A DNA stretch of 62,947 nt, the filler included, from Neolecta irregularis DAH-3 (taxonomy: Eukaryota): NCBI GenBank assembly GCA_001929475.1. It is 8 parts of 8 records of this genome, joined end to end, with 100 filler letters (N's around TTAATTAATTAA, not from the genome) between each part and the next. Parts side by side here need not be neighbours in the genome. Positions count along the whole stretch, not along the records: positions 17,408 to 40,166 come from LXFE01000241.1; 7 more parts are not named here. The stretch is one strand, 5' to 3'. The notes beneath the pieces are model-generated. The model was not told the origin of the DNA. It was given only the letters and a program-made list of their open reading frames with translations, and did not search any database. Positions 24,575 through 38,779 of the stretch are shown in pieces. The first letter of the stretch is position 1; each line of letters opens with the position of its first letter. Position numbers and translations under genes: made by a program.

Positions 24575-27500
24575 ATGGCCAGCACCGCCCTCGTAGTAGA
24601 TATCTCAGACTCGGACGACTTTGTCCCCCACAGAATTGTATCTCCCGCCGCAAAATTACCATTCACTCACCAGGTTACAAACACAAAGCCCGCGAAAAAA
24701 GCAGCCCCCGCTAAAAAGACTCTTGTTAATAGCGACCTTGATGAAGACGATGACTGTTCCGTAATGGATGCACACGACCAGCCAAAACCGGTACGGTCTA
24801 CCAATATTTCGCCTGACGTCTGCAGAAAAAGAAACCCCCAACAAAACCCAAGGTAGCGAAACCAAAAGTACAAAAACCCATAAAAAACATACCCGTTTCA
24901 AATGAAGACGACAGCGGAATGTTTCAAGATCCCCAGACCGATTCATCCTTCCCAGAATCTAAACCCACCCCAAATGGGGCTCTCAAACCGATTGAAAATG
25001 AACTGGACCTTGATCATCCTGCCGCAAAGAAACCGTCTGGGTCAAAGAATGCTACTGAACAATACCAAAAGGTAAACAATATATATATCCAGCTGTGTTG
25101 ATCAACAGCTTTCCCAACTGGAGCATGTGTTAAAACGTCCCGACACTTATATCGGCAGTGTCGAATCGACTCCCATGAGCATGTGGTTATTTGATAGCGA
25201 GAGCAGCACAATGCAATTCAGGCATCTTTACTGCTCCCTGACTGTCTAATTTCCAGACAAGCTACCATCGTCCCTGGTTTCTACAAGATATTCGACGAAA
25301 TCCTGGTCAATGCAGCCGATAACAAACAGCGAGACCCTTCCATGACTCAAATTAAAGTCACCTTTGATCGCGAAAAGAATGAAATATCCGTCATGAATGA
25401 TGGAAAAGGAATCCCTGTCGAAATACATGCCGTATAAATGATTTCCCAAGACCAAGTTGACAGCACTAGAAAGAGAAAATTTACATACCCGAATTAATAT
25501 TTGGTAACCTTCTCACTTCCAGTAATTACGACGACGATCAAAAGAAAGTAACAGGAGGTCGAAACGGGTACGGAGCCAAGCTCTGTAACATTTTCAGCAC
25601 CGAATTCATCGTCGAAACCGCCAACAAAAAAAGTGGCAAAAAATACAAACAAATCTGGACCGATAATATGACTGTCAAAACGAAACCCAAGATCTCTGAA
25701 AATAAAAAGGGCGAAGAATATACCAAAATCACATTCAAGCCCGATCTTGCAAAATTTGACATGGAGGTAATGGACGATGATATTGAAGGTGTTATAAAAC
25801 GACGAGTATATGATATCGCAGGTTGCGTAAAGGGAATCAAAGTCTACCTTAACGGCACTCTTCTCAAAATCAACTCTTTCAAAAAATACATCGATTTATA
25901 TGTAAATTCTAAAACTGCCGAGGAAGGCGGTACAGAACGTAAAGTATACCACGAAATCGTAAGTGATCGATGGGAAGTTGCGGTTACTCACAGCGATGGC
26001 CAATTCAATCAAGTCAGTTTTGTAAATAGTATCGCTACAACGAGAGGTGGGACGCACGTTGACATGGTCACCGATCAAATCGTCAAAAAATTGGCTGAAA
26101 TCATCAAGAAGAAGAAAGCTCATCCTATTAAAAACTTTCAAATTAAAAATCAAATGTGGGTGTTCGTCAACTCGCTAGTTGAAAATCCCGCGTTTGATTC
26201 GCAAACAAAGGAGACCTTGACCTTGAAAAACAGTGCATTTGGATCGAAATGTGTGCTTAGCGAAGAATTCATCAAGAAGGGTATACACTCTATTTAAACA
26301 AATACTGAAATTTACAGTCTCAAAAAGTGCCATTGTCGAGAATATAATGAATTTTTCTCTAGTGCGAGCCGATAAAGAATTACAAAAATCAGATGGTTCC
26401 AAACGATCTCGTATTACCGGGATCCCGAAACTTGAAGATGCCAACAACGCCGGCACCAAAAATGCTCATAGATGTACGCTTATCTTGACTGAAGGAGATT
26501 CAGCAAAGACTTTGGCTGTAGCTGGTATGAGTGTCGTTGGGCGTGACAACTTTGGGGGTACCCTCTTCCTCTAGTTGACTTGTTAATTGCAGTTTACCCT
26601 CTCCGAGGAAAGATGTTAAATGTTCGGGATGCTTCGGCTGCTCAGGTATCTGCAAACGCAGAAATCCAAGCTATCAAACGGATTATGGGACTACAACATG
26701 CAAAAGCCTATACATCTACTGCGGAACTGCGATATGGGCATCTGATGATCATGACAGATCAGGTTTTTTATTCTTTATTTTGTTTTCTTTCTAATTCTTA
26801 GGATCACGACGGAAGTCATATTAAAGGGCTCATCATCAACTACTTCGAAAAGTTCTACCCATCGCTCCTCAAAATCCCCGATTTTTTAATAGAATTTATA
26901 ACACCAATTGTCCGGTGTACCAAAAAAACCAATAAAAAACAAACTATCGACTTCTTCACGTTACCAGAATATGAACATTGGAAGGAAGCCAATAATGGAG
27001 GTGCAGGATGGGATCAAAAGTACTTCAAAGGACTGGGAACTTCCAAAGCCGAGGACGCCAAACGATATTTCTCAGATTTAGATCGACATTTGAAGTATTT
27101 TCATGCTATGCAAGAAGGAGATCGAATACTTGTTGATCTCGCTTTCTCCAAGAAAAAAGCTGATGAACGGAAAGATTGGTTGAGAGATTTCATACCGGGA
27201 ACATATCTCGATAACAGCATGGAAAAGATTCCCATCTCCGATTTTATAAACAAAGAATTAATCCTTTTCTCAATGGCGGATAACATCCGATCAATTCCAT
27301 CGGTAGTCGATGGTCTCAAACCCGGTCAACGAAAAGTTATATACGGCCTTTTCCTCAAGAATCTTCGTGGAGAAATTAAAGTCGCTCAATTAGGTGGTTA
27401 CGTTGGTGAAAAAACTCAATACCACCATGGCGAACAAAGTTTGAATATGACGATTATTGGGCTTGCTCAATCATTTGTCGGTAGTAATAATGTCAACTTG

Positions 27501-29601
27501 TTGTTGCCAAACGGTCAATTTGGAACCCGATTGCAAGGGGGGAAAGATGCTGCTTCGGCCCGTTATATTTTCACTAATTTATCGCCTTTGGCGCGGAAAT
27601 TATACATTCAGACTGATAATCCCCTTTTAAACTGGCTTGTCGAGGAAGGTGAACAGATTGAACCAGAATGGTACATGCCTATTCTGCCGATGGTCCTAGT
27701 CAATGGATCGGAAGGTATCGGTACTGGTATGTTTATTCTACATGATAAGAAAGGTAACGAGTAGGTTGGAGTTCGTCTATTCCCAATTACAACCCCGAAG
27801 ATATCATTATCAATTTGCGACGATTAATGAATGGCGAGGAAGTCTTGCTTATGGATCCCTGGTATCGTGGGTTCCGCGGAACCATCGAGAAGAAGGACGA
27901 TAAGCAAGGAACTTATAAAGTCACCGGCACAATCCGTCAAGTTGATGATACCAATGTTGAAATTACTGAGCTTCCTGTCCGATACTGGTCACAAACCATG
28001 AAGGAATTCCTCGAAGCGGGAATTGCTGGAACGGATAAACAACCTGCTTTCATCAAAGATTACAATGATAACAATACGGATACTGCTGTTCAATTTACCG
28101 TCCGTCTTACTGAACAAGGAATGGCAGATGCGCTAAGAGAAGGACTGGAGACCAAGTTTAAGCTTACAGCGACAATTAATACCAGCAACATGGTCGCGTT
28201 TGATTCCCAAGGACGTTTAAAAAAGTACGCTAATCCAGAACAAATTCTCATTGAATTTTATCATCTTCGCTTACAGTTTTACCAGAAACGGAAGGTATGT
28301 TGGAAAGCAGTAGTTTTTCAGTGACTGATTTCGTAGGATCATCTCGCGGATGAGCTTGGTAAACAACTTGATCGTCTCTCAAATCAAGTTCGATTCATCA
28401 AGATGATTATTAGCAAAGAGCTCGTTGTTTCGAATCGAAAGAAAGCTGAGATCGTGACTGAATTGAGGGAAAGGAAATTTACCTCTTTTCCAAAGAAGAA
28501 GCAAGCTAAAATTGCTGGTGAGAATGTCGAGACGCTTGATGGGGAGGACGACGCTGTCGAAGATGGCAAGGAAGATCCTGCTAATGGATATGATTATTTG
28601 TTGGGTATGGCTATTTGGTCGTTGACCAAGGAAAAGGCAAGATTGTTTCCCGATAGTTTGCTCATTAGTAGGTGGAAAAATTGTTGAAAGACCACGAATT
28701 GAAGGAGAGTGAATTGAACGAACTTCTCAAGCTTTCCGCAAAGGATCTATGGAATATCGATCTCGATCAATTTCTTGAAGAATGGGAAGTTGCTCTAAAG
28801 GAAGATGAAATTGCTCGAACAAACGGAAAATCGATTACTTCCAATGGTTCTAAACTTGGAAGAGCCAAAAAGCCTGCAGCGGTCAAATCTAAGAAACGCC
28901 AATCATTAACCGATGATGACGCGGATGAAGATTTCCAATCGAAGAAGTTGAAGAAGGCACCTTCTGTCAAGAAGGAAGTTGGCTCGAAGAAACAGTCGAC
29001 ATTGGCATTCAAGAAAACAGATACAAAGACTGCCACAAATACAGATATCACTCCTCCCCATGTTGAGGTCCCTGTGAATAAATCGAAAGCACCTGCGAAA
29101 AGGAAGGTAGCTGTTGCTTCGTACAGCGATGAAGATATTAAACCTATTGTTTCCAAAAGGGTTCCTGCTGCTCCTACTTTATTCTCGGACGAAGATGAGC
29201 CTGTTGGTCATTCAACTATAATCAAAGGCGAATCTGATGCTGATGGGGATACGGAAAAGAAGGGTTACGCATCGAAACCTGAACCCAAGAAGATTGTACA
29301 AGCTACAATGGATGAAAGCGAAGACGAGCCAGCTGACGACGATGACGATGACTTTGGCATTGTCAGTGAAGAAGAGAAGCCTGTGATTAAAGCAAAGGCA
29401 AAAGGTGCGTCTGGAGGCCAGAAAGCCGTGCAAAAGAAACGAAAGATTGCTGTGGATTCTGACGATAGCTTGGGTCAGATTCAGCCTATTGTTGCACGGG
29501 CTCCGCGGGCGACTGCACCCAAGAAGCCTATTATTGAGACGGAGTCTGACTCTGACGAGGTTATCACGGACGAGTCTTTCGAGGATGACGACGAATATTG
29601 A
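24575..29601 (+). CDS. TOP2: DNA topoisomerase II, ~10 introns
   Basis: EHVLKRPDTYIGS, GGRNGYGAK, LTEGDSAK, PLRGK, MTDQDHDGSHI, DGLKPGQRK, ASARYIFT (catalytic Tyr), acidic C-terminal domain. Confidence 0.98.
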
Positions 29602-30615
29602 TTGTATATGTTTGTGGGTAGAAGAAGGAGGCTTTGCTTAGTCATGTAGTAATAGGTGTATGGCAATACGAGTGGCGGCTTGAAGCCGCTGTTTGTTACA
29701 TCGCTGCCGAGACGCTGTCAAACCGAAACCACCTTAAATATGTCGCCGATTATCTCTTTGTCTTTCTTCGGGGCCATGTCTTACGTCGCACACTCGTTTC
29801 TTTCCTCTTCGCCTCACTCTTCGTTTGCCGCAAAACTTAAATAGGCCACCTGCCCAGCTACAATACCTGTCATTCCCACAAGTGGAGATTGAACTCGAAG
29901 TCCGCCTTAAAATTCTGTCCCCCGGAGGCTCATTTCCTTTGTCGCATCGGCGGACATCCTTGCACGACAAAGAAAGAGGCGCCATCAATAAGACGGAGAC
30001 GCTTGGCTCCCGTGATTGGTTAAGCAATTGTTTGAATCGCAAATCTAGCGTGGAGACAGGGTATCCCGGTCTCTCCGAGCGTAAAGCAACCGCTGTGTTC
30101 CGGTTATCCCAGCCCTCAAAGATATACTGGTATCCTTACGTTAAATTCTTTATTGGGCCTAGATTGAGACTTGTGATCGCCAAGCGACACCTGTAACGCG
30201 AGAGGACAATCCCCCCAAACTCTCTCGTCCTTGGATATTCTCTGTGCTTTGCCAAGAGGTCCTCGACACAGGTGTGACGATTCACAGACTAAAATATACG
30301 TCGACGGCGAAACTTTTCCAATCGAAGAAAGTATCGGCGCCAGTCAGGACTCGTCAGGTTCGCCATCCTTCTGCCATCGTCCCGCTAGGCACAATCTTCG
30401 AAGACTTGTTTCGGGCTTGTTGGTGCTCGAAAGCAAATTACATACGAGGATCATCTGCTAAGGCCAGAGCGCAAACACGCGGTGCCGGGACACCCCGGTC
30501 GCTGCGCCAGCCGAACAATCGTAGAGAGTCTGGCTGAAAACTCCACTCCTCGACCTGGGCAATTGGACGGATCTCGATATCCCGAGACGGTTATTTGCGA
30601 CTAACCACCAGCGCA

Positions 30616-32223
30616 ATGCTCTCCAGCTTCATGAATCAGCAACAGGCAGCCGCTGCTTCATACAACCGCGGCGTTCACCACCAGCAGCAGCTCCAGTATC
30701 ACCATCCGCCGCCGGTACCGGAGTATCACCACCATTCTCGCCTACTGCGCACCCAGGCACCCCGTCTGTTGCCCGCAAACCCGCCCCCGCATCAGATGCA
30801 GCATCACTATCCGATGAGACCGAGCAGAGCCTCAATGTCGCACCCAAACCCTATACCGGCGAGATCGGCTGCAATCGCCTCGACCTCGGCCGAAGAGATC
30901 AAGTATCCGCCGCACAAGATTTCCCCCGAACTCGTCAAGGCACACAGAGTTCATCCGCAAAAGATCAAAAAGGCAAAGTACGCTACCAGTGTCGATGAAC
31001 GAGGATTCCTATCAAGTATATCCTTCTGCACGGACCGCAGCTCATCTCTAGTCTACGAGTTCCAGCTGAACGAGCATACGATCATGTGGGACTATACCAC
31101 TGGTTTCATTCACCTGACTGGGATCTGGAAGGCTCTCGGAAATTCAAAGGTCAATATCAGCTACGACTATCTACCCTAACAGCAATAGGCTGACGTAGTT
31201 CGACTCATCGATAACCACCCCGAGTTAGAGGGCGTGATTCGACGAATTCGAGGAGGATATCTCAAGATCCAAGGCAAGCCTATTCTCTTTCCCCAAAAGT
31301 GTTTGACTGACCAATTCCATAGGAACATGGTATGACCCTCAGATCTCATCCGTCTTTCTTAGAATAATCGGATGCTGATGCTGGACCGGACAACCCGCGT
31401 GCTGACCATTTGTTATAGGGTACCATACGATCTCGCTTTGTCACTCGCACAAAGAACAGCGTACAATATCCGTTATTCTCTGATCACGGTCTTTGGCCCT
31501 GGGTTTCCCGAAAGCTGTCTTGCCCCAGATGCCCCGGGATATGGAATCCTTTCACTTAGTGATCCCGAGCATAGCCCGAAACGCCGAAGACGTCGTATGC
31601 AACAAGTCACTCGAAATCCGGTTTATCAACAAGTTCAACCGCTCGAGCCTTGTTTTGACGTTGATGCGACGGAATCGATCGCACCACCCTTACCTTCGCA
31701 GATCGTGTTTGAGGAGAATAACATGGATCGCCATTTGAATTCATCATACAACAAGGGCTCAGCGGACTTGTTGGAAATGCTTCGAGCCGGAAGATGTCTT
31801 CAACAACTTAGCGTCGGCGGTACATTCAACGATTCCGAGCAAGGCGGACCCTTTGGATTCAACGGTAGACGATACCTCTGGGACGGGAAAATGGATGGTA
31901 GCGGTGGTCTTTCTGTCATCGAAGACGATTATTCCGGCGATGACGATTCAGATGGCTCTTCTGAACAACTGTCTAGACCATATAGTGGATCTATCGACGA
32001 AGAAATGCCTGGACTGATCGGCGGTGCCGAGTTTGACGATAACGAATCAAACAGCACATCAACTCAACATTCTGCCCCTCATCATACGGTCATTGATAAC
32101 TATGTGGCTCCCGATCGTCAGCGACAAGAACAATCTTCCCCGGAAATATCTACCCAAAGCAAAATTTCTACTTCACGAAAACCATTCCTTCTTGCCGGAG
32201 GAATTGACGTAATGACTTGGTAG
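30616..32223 (+). CDS. APSES/KilA-N DNA-binding transcription factor (Xbp1-like)
   Basis: IMWDYTTGFIHLTGIWKA...RRIRGGYLKIQGTWVPYDLA...FGPGFP, reconstructed over 4 introns including a 7-nt exon. Confidence 0.88.
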
Positions 32224-32689
32224 AAATGTAGCGTGCTTTTCCACCTCCAACTATATACTACCGAAAAAGAAGGGTATTTCACCTGTGGATACTGGATATA
32301 AATGGGCATATGGTGGCGGTTGGAAAATTGGAGATATGTCTTCTGTTATTCTTCATTTCTTTTATCTTGCATATCATATTTTATCCTTTTTATCTTTGTC
32401 TGGTCTCGTCTTGTGGTTTGTCTTTAGGGGAAAGGATTATCGATAGTGGTCTTATGTAAGTAACCGCTTTCTTATGTTCTGTTCTTATCCGTTCGTCATA
32501 CATAGTTTGGTTTACTCTGAGAATGCGATTCACATGGCATATTATAAATGTGGAAAAGTTTCATAGATATATATTCTTTTTGGTTGCATCACGACATAGA
32601 AACTAATCGACATACAGTCCCCAATAGCTATTTGGTTCGGTAAAAGAAAACGATAAAAAGCGATTCAGGTTATACTCTTTGCACATCTC

Positions 32690-33835
32690 CTATAGAGCAG
32701 CCACTTCGACTGGAGCCTCCTTTGCTCCTGGTGCTTGACTCAAAGGCGAGCGTGCCGGTTTGAAACTGTTATTTTGCTTCGCTTCGGCAGCAAGTTTTCC
32801 TTGCAGAAAAGGACTACTTGCCCCGATCTTTTCAGAGGCTTGTTGTGCGTAATATCGAGCTTGTTCAACAACGACATCAGCATGACGGGACGCTGCTTCC
32901 TTGACAGTTGACAAATTTTGGTTTATAATCACGCGAGCTCTATCCAGGTGTTCATCAACAACTTTCTGATGTCGCACGTAGACGGCGGGAGTCGTGAACG
33001 CGGTAAGCGTTGCTGTACCCATGAATCCGGGGAAAATTGGGTAAACATACCAATAATGAGGAGAGACAAAACCGAGAGATAGGTCACAAGCTGACAACTA
33101 ACCCAGGCAGCCAGAAAAGCCTATTACACAGATTAGATGACGACGGCGTATGGATATGCAATACCCCTAGAGTGTGCTTTGGATTGGTTGCGTAAGCCAG
33201 CTTTTGGAATTCCAAAAGTAGAAAATTCCACAACTGATGTAGTTCGCTCAGGAAAGGTTCTGCGATTTCTTTGGAAACGCTATAATAACCGGTCGGTCGA
33301 AACTGACTGAACAGTCAGAACAAAACAACATGGCGAGATTGAAAAAGTACCTCATTAGCCCGCTATTGTTTCGTGTCATCAATCTACCACCGTACTCAAG
33401 ACTGGCAGAAGCCAGGAACGCCATCCACAAAACTTTGAAGACGAATCGCAGGATGTTGAAATATTTTGTTACGAACAAGGTAGTGAGAATGGTACCAAAG
33501 ACAACGCCGCTGGCACGGGGATATTTCCATGTAAACAGCTCGTTGACTATCAAAATGTTGGCAAACTTCACAAAAATAACTAGGGGACGTACAAAATGAA
33601 TGGTACTTTGTAAGAGTAACTTGATTATGATCACTCTTTTTCCCTGTTCCTAGCTGACTGCTGAGAGCACTAGGCTTCCCACCAGTGGCCGGGATGGAAG
33701 CAGCTGATTCTCCAAGGCTAGAAAGAAAGTCAGCCGACAAAAATGTGATGACGTAGTCGTCGGAGTCTGGAGATCTTACGGAACTGTGTTTTCACTGAGG
33801 AGCGGAATAGAAGCCTCGTCGCAGGTCTGGGTCAT
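32690..33835 (-). CDS. RTN1: Reticulon-like ER-shaping protein
   Basis: ELFTWKYPRASGVVF, two long hydrophobic hairpins, FTTPAVYVRHQKVVDE. Confidence 0.85.
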
Positions 33836-34099
33836 GTTTATCTGTAGGCAAAAAAACGGATGGAGACTGTGTGGTGGAGAAAAGGAATTAAATACGAAGA
33901 GCAAGGGGTTTGCTGGTGACGTGCAGATGATACAGTTTCAAATACACACCGCCAATCACTTTGGCTACGTTTTATACAAGTGATCGATATCAGGCATTAT
34001 TTTGAATAATATGGCTGTATTTTTCTCAGATGGCAAGAGAGCGGGTCGTTCTCAGACTTGCAAATTTGGCTCAAGTAGACAAAGAAGCTGCATCAGCAT

Positions 34100-34916
34100 A
34101 CATGCTGCGCGCAATTTGTATTTACCCCTTCGTTAGCTCGCGGTAGTATTCACGTGCGCAGTTTCACCCGTAAAAGTCCCTTTAGTGACTTGAGCGAGCT
34201 TTGTCATTGCCGAGAGTGTCTGGATTTGATAAATAACCTGCACGATTCATTAGTGTTGGTAGGCTTTGAAGTAATTTACAGTGCTTGTTTTGATTCGAAT
34301 AACACCGATTGGCTGATCATGAGTCAGAATATTACCGCAGACGGCATCTGTTTGCTTACCGAACCGTTCTCACTTCCATCGTGAACAAGTAATGATAATT
34401 GTGTTATAAACACAGAAATTTACCTCCATCTCCCAGATCTCCAAGTCAGTCTTTTAGTATCCTTGAATTATATCTTCCAAGTTCGCGCACGACAATAGAA
34501 ACAGACCTTTTGGCAATCCCTCGATCGTTGGTAACAGTGGCTGTACCACTAACAGAAACCCATTCTGCCTAACACTTAAATTTGGTATAGAATGGTTTTG
34601 TACTGTGCTGTCTTTATAGAAAGAAACATTGATATGACCATCCTTTTCCAGTTCTCCGATTTTTCTAGTGCAAATATTCGTCGTAGAGATCAAATAAACG
34701 GCATTCTCTCGGGCAGATAGATGCATTGCTCCTAAGAGACCCATTTCTGCACCTCGTGGCTAGCATGCCAGCTTTCTGCGAGTCAATGAAATTTCCATAG
34801 TCTTCAATCATATCCTTGACGCTTGTGAAATTCAGAATCACATACGCTCACATCGAAATTCTTCACAGATCTGCTGGCTTATTTGTGCGGACATTTGCTG
34901 AGACCGAAGAAGACAT
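34100..34916 (-). pseudogene. bli-3: Blue-light-inducible BLI-3 family pseudogene (PNPOx-like fold)
   Basis: KPAD, GMLATR, HINVSF, EWVSVSG, (W->stop)LGDLGDG, HDGSEN and IGVIRIK are recognisable, but there are in-frame stops and frameshifts. Confidence 0.75.
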
Positions 34917-35005
34917 TTTCGCTTGAATTGTCTAGACGAGGCTGAGGAAGGTTCACAATGAAAATAACCACCTACGTCATTAATTCGTCAACCGCCAGAA
35001 CAAAT

Positions 35006-35650
35006 ATGACCAATCTCGATCTTAATGCCAATCAACTCGAGTCTAAAATTATACAACAAGAACAGGAGATTCAGTTTCTTCTCGTACGCTTGACATGCAT
35101 TCTAACTCCAATGACATCTCAAGAAAGAGGTGCAAAGACGGGGTTCAGTGGACAAAATAGTTCCTCTTCCAATCTATTATGAACAAGCTTTTCAAAAACT
35201 ACGGAAAAAAATCGATACTGCAAATGAAGAAATCAAGTCATTGAAAGCTGAGAAAGAAGCAATGTTAGCTTTTATTGAGCAACATCATAATAGTCCAGAA
35301 CAATTGGGAATATATCGGCAGCTCGTTGTGAAATTACAAGCATTGACAAAAGAGAACGAAGAATTGGGACAAATGCTTGGCCTGGGTAGAATACAGCAAT
35401 TGATGACTGATGTTGCGATCAGAAAAAAAGAAGCACAGATGTTACAGGATGGGATTGAAAGTGCTCGAATCCGACTGAATACTTGGTTGACTTGCCAGAT
35501 TATCGCAAACAAAACAGCATCCTAGATACCCAGTGTGTCGAGTTGATCAAGGTTGTAGATTTATTAAGGAGGAAATTAGAGAAGTACGAGGAGAAATTTG
35601 GCCCTATCGCAGAAAAGGAAACTAAGACAGATAGCCCTCCTGAAGCTTGA
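35006..35650 (+). CDS. WTAP/Mum2-like coiled-coil protein
   Basis: LVVKLQALTKENEELGQMLGLGRIQQL matches the WTAP signature LMAKCRxLxxENxELG...GRIAxL; 2 introns. Confidence 0.7.
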
Positions 35651-35739
35651 ATATATTAAACAATGCACGAAAATATTGTAAATATTCCCCTGGGGCAAAA
35701 CTTACTCAAACAGAAGTCATCTAGGAGCAGTTCAAATAA

Positions 35740-37138
35740 CTACACCCCAACCATTTCTATTACATTCAGTTCCTCTACACAACTGCCTTCTTGCAAATAC
35801 TCATCTGTATGGACATGCCCAATTTGCCAACCCTTTCTGTCACCGATAATCAATACCGGTACATCACATTCCACCCAACGAATCCACATAACTTCAAATC
35901 CAACATTAATAATCTTTGGCTCTTCCCAGTCCATGCACCAGATGTAGATGTCAGATCTATCTACACAAGTCATTGCAAGAAGAGAAGGTATCCTCGGATG
36001 CCATTTTGAAAATTTGATGCTGTGTAGATGTACCAAGATAGCGATTGGCGAAAGATGGTTCAAACTCCAAATCCAGAGCGCATTGGGAAGATTTTCCGAC
36101 CGCGATAAGATGAGTTGACTATCTGCGTTGAAAGTCATTAAGTCAACTCCAGCCTTGAAAGAATCTTTTGCACTTCCTATTGAAAAGGGTTGAACACCTT
36201 CATCGTCTTTTCAAAATTTGGTTAATAACGGGAAAAAGAACGTACAATAAGCAGTACTCTCCATCCTTATTTCTCGCCATACTTGTCCATCGCATCTGAC
36301 GATTGCCGTATGCTGCATTTTAATAATTGGCAAGAAGGATCCGTTATGATAAGCCCGAATGACTCCATCCCAGCCTCCCGATATTACATACTCATCGCTC
36401 CAATCAATACTTCTGACTCCCAATTTCGAGGGATCTCTGATATCTCGAACGTGGATTCCATCAGCCGTGTAGATTGTTATTTTATATTCTATCCCATTAT
36501 CCCATATGGCAACGAGATTTCCGCATGGTGACCATTTGAAGCCTTGTGCATCTGTCGTCGCTGTTGGCCATTTCCGTATTATACTCGATGAAGAGATTAA
36601 ATTTACCGTATCATGATTATCAGATCGTAGGAGGATAAAAAGATGATTGGTCCCTGGACGGTATGCATAAGATCTAGAGTCGGGGTATTTAGGATACAAA
36701 AGATGGGTCCCAGTCAGCTCTGATAGTGACCATATCGTTAGTTTGAGCTGTTCCTGGTCAAAAACACATCTTCTGAGTCATTCAAGTTACCGATAAATCC
36801 GTGAAAACCAGAATTTCATCATCCGTAAGTCCCCAGTAAACTGACTTTATTCCCCCAACACCTTCTTTGATCTCAGCACTCCAATCATTATTTTCCAAGT
36901 CAAATACTTTGACTTCATTTTCATTCGCAATTAATAATTTTTGACCTGAGGGGCTAAACTGAAGAGAATGTATCCGTCTTGAACAAAATTCTGGTGAATT
37001 TAGGGCTATCGCAAGTCGGGTTTGGAGATTATCGAGACATCTAATGGTAATTCTTCCAGCGTTGTAGGAAACAATTTGATCATCGATAATGGAAATTCCT
37101 GGTGGGTTTAGGCATGCAATAGTAGTGGTAAGGTCCAT
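35740..37138 (-). CDS. wdr8: WD40 protein WRAP73/Wdr8
   Basis: ILVFTD, LKLTIWSL, KWSPCG, LGVRSIDWS, PNALWIW, KWHP. Confidence 0.8.
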
Positions 37139-37380
37139 TCTGAAACGTTCAGTTCAGGGCACACACTTCGCGAGATTGACGCGTAAATTTGAGCTCCGAC
37201 ATCGTCATCGTTCAATTGAAGAAATTAATTGGCGAACTAGTCCCGTATATTCTCAATGCTATTCGACCAAATGATAACAACAGAACGTGCGTCCACGCAA
37301 AAAACAGGGAAAATTCCCGGCTTTTCATGCTCTAGTGTCCCTACAATTAAGGCTTCTGATATCCAAAAAATGATAATCCT

Positions 37381-38779
37381 CTACTCTAGCTCTGCAAGCC
37401 TGTCCATCTCAAAGTTGCATTCCTCTTGCCAGTTATTGGGTATCATTTTCTTCACGGCATCCCCAAAAGCCTTCATGGTACATAAGCTTTCATCTCCTTC
37501 GTAGTGATTCACCGTCTCCGCACAAGCAGGAAGTTTGAGAGCTTTATCATTATATCGCAATCTAACGTACTTTTGAGGCTTTGAAAACCAACTGTTAGAA
37601 GATTTGGCCGAAGTGAATGTTTCGATAGCAATATGGCTAGTATAAAAGGGCCAAGCCCCATCAAAACAATCGAGAGAGGCCAAAATTGCGGCGATGGTTG
37701 TATCATGGCTTGCGTATAAAGCCACTTTTGTAGTATTGTTTTTATCGGTCATGCGAGTATATATATCTCCAAGGAATCTTCCAACGCCAAGTCGTCGATA
37801 TTCATTGCTTTGTTCATAACCGTCAAACCATTCTGATACTGCGGATTTTTCAAGAATTTGATAAACTTCGGGATCAAAAAGAGCAGATGGAAGTGGTATT
37901 CCATTTCCGAGAGCAGCGTTGATAGTATCGAGGACTCCACTAACTCGGGGCGAACCATTCACTGTTATACCATTGGATAGGAGGTGTCTGAGTTTTGGCG
38001 TAACTTTCTCCTTCAGAATTGGGTCCCATTTTGTGGCAGCCTTTTGTGAGAATTGATAAGCTAAGGCAGCGAGACGTTTGCAGTGATGTTCGTTTGGGTA
38101 GAGATTTTCCTCGGTGACATTCCGAGTATGCGCTTTAGGTTTAAACAAAGACGACCGGTGAGCTGGAGGATAGAGTCCAGCAAAAACATGTTGAAGAGTT
38201 TCCCACGTTCGAGACATGTTTGTAGTCCTGATGATGAGTTTGTAGCTGACAAAGACTTCTACCGAAGATAGACTTGAGAGTCGGATGTAATATCCTCTGG
38301 AAGATAGGCAAGTCGATTAACGTAAAGATTTCTTAACCGCTCCCCTAGAGCAAGCGTAGACTCGCGTCCACGATCTGTCAGTTCTCCGAGTAAACTGCAA
38401 TGTCGGCTCGGGAGAGTTAACGGGGGAAGGATACCATATTCCTTTTTGATCTAAACTGACAGGATCCCCATTTATTCCTGCTGATTCTACGAGTCGAGAA
38501 TATTCAACAGAATCCGAATGGTTTCGAGACAATCTGACGATAGAGCGAAATCGTTCGGCAGTTTGACATAAAGGCCAATGTTCTGGGACGACATTCTTCA
38601 ATCGAGCGCGTACTGGTGTCCGTTCTCCTATGAGGTACATATCAGACGTTGTTTGACGGGGAATAAGTTGGCTTACCATGGCGGAATATAACTTGCAGAT
38701 ATGTAAGCTTGAGTTCTTTTGGATATAATTCAGCAAGCTGTTTCTCGCTATACGGGGTGACAGGCGGTAAGGAACTCAT
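37381..38779 (-). CDS. Histidine acid phosphatase (ACP6-like)
   Basis: RHGERTP catalytic motif (split by an intron), GELTDRG and HDTT. Confidence 0.9.
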
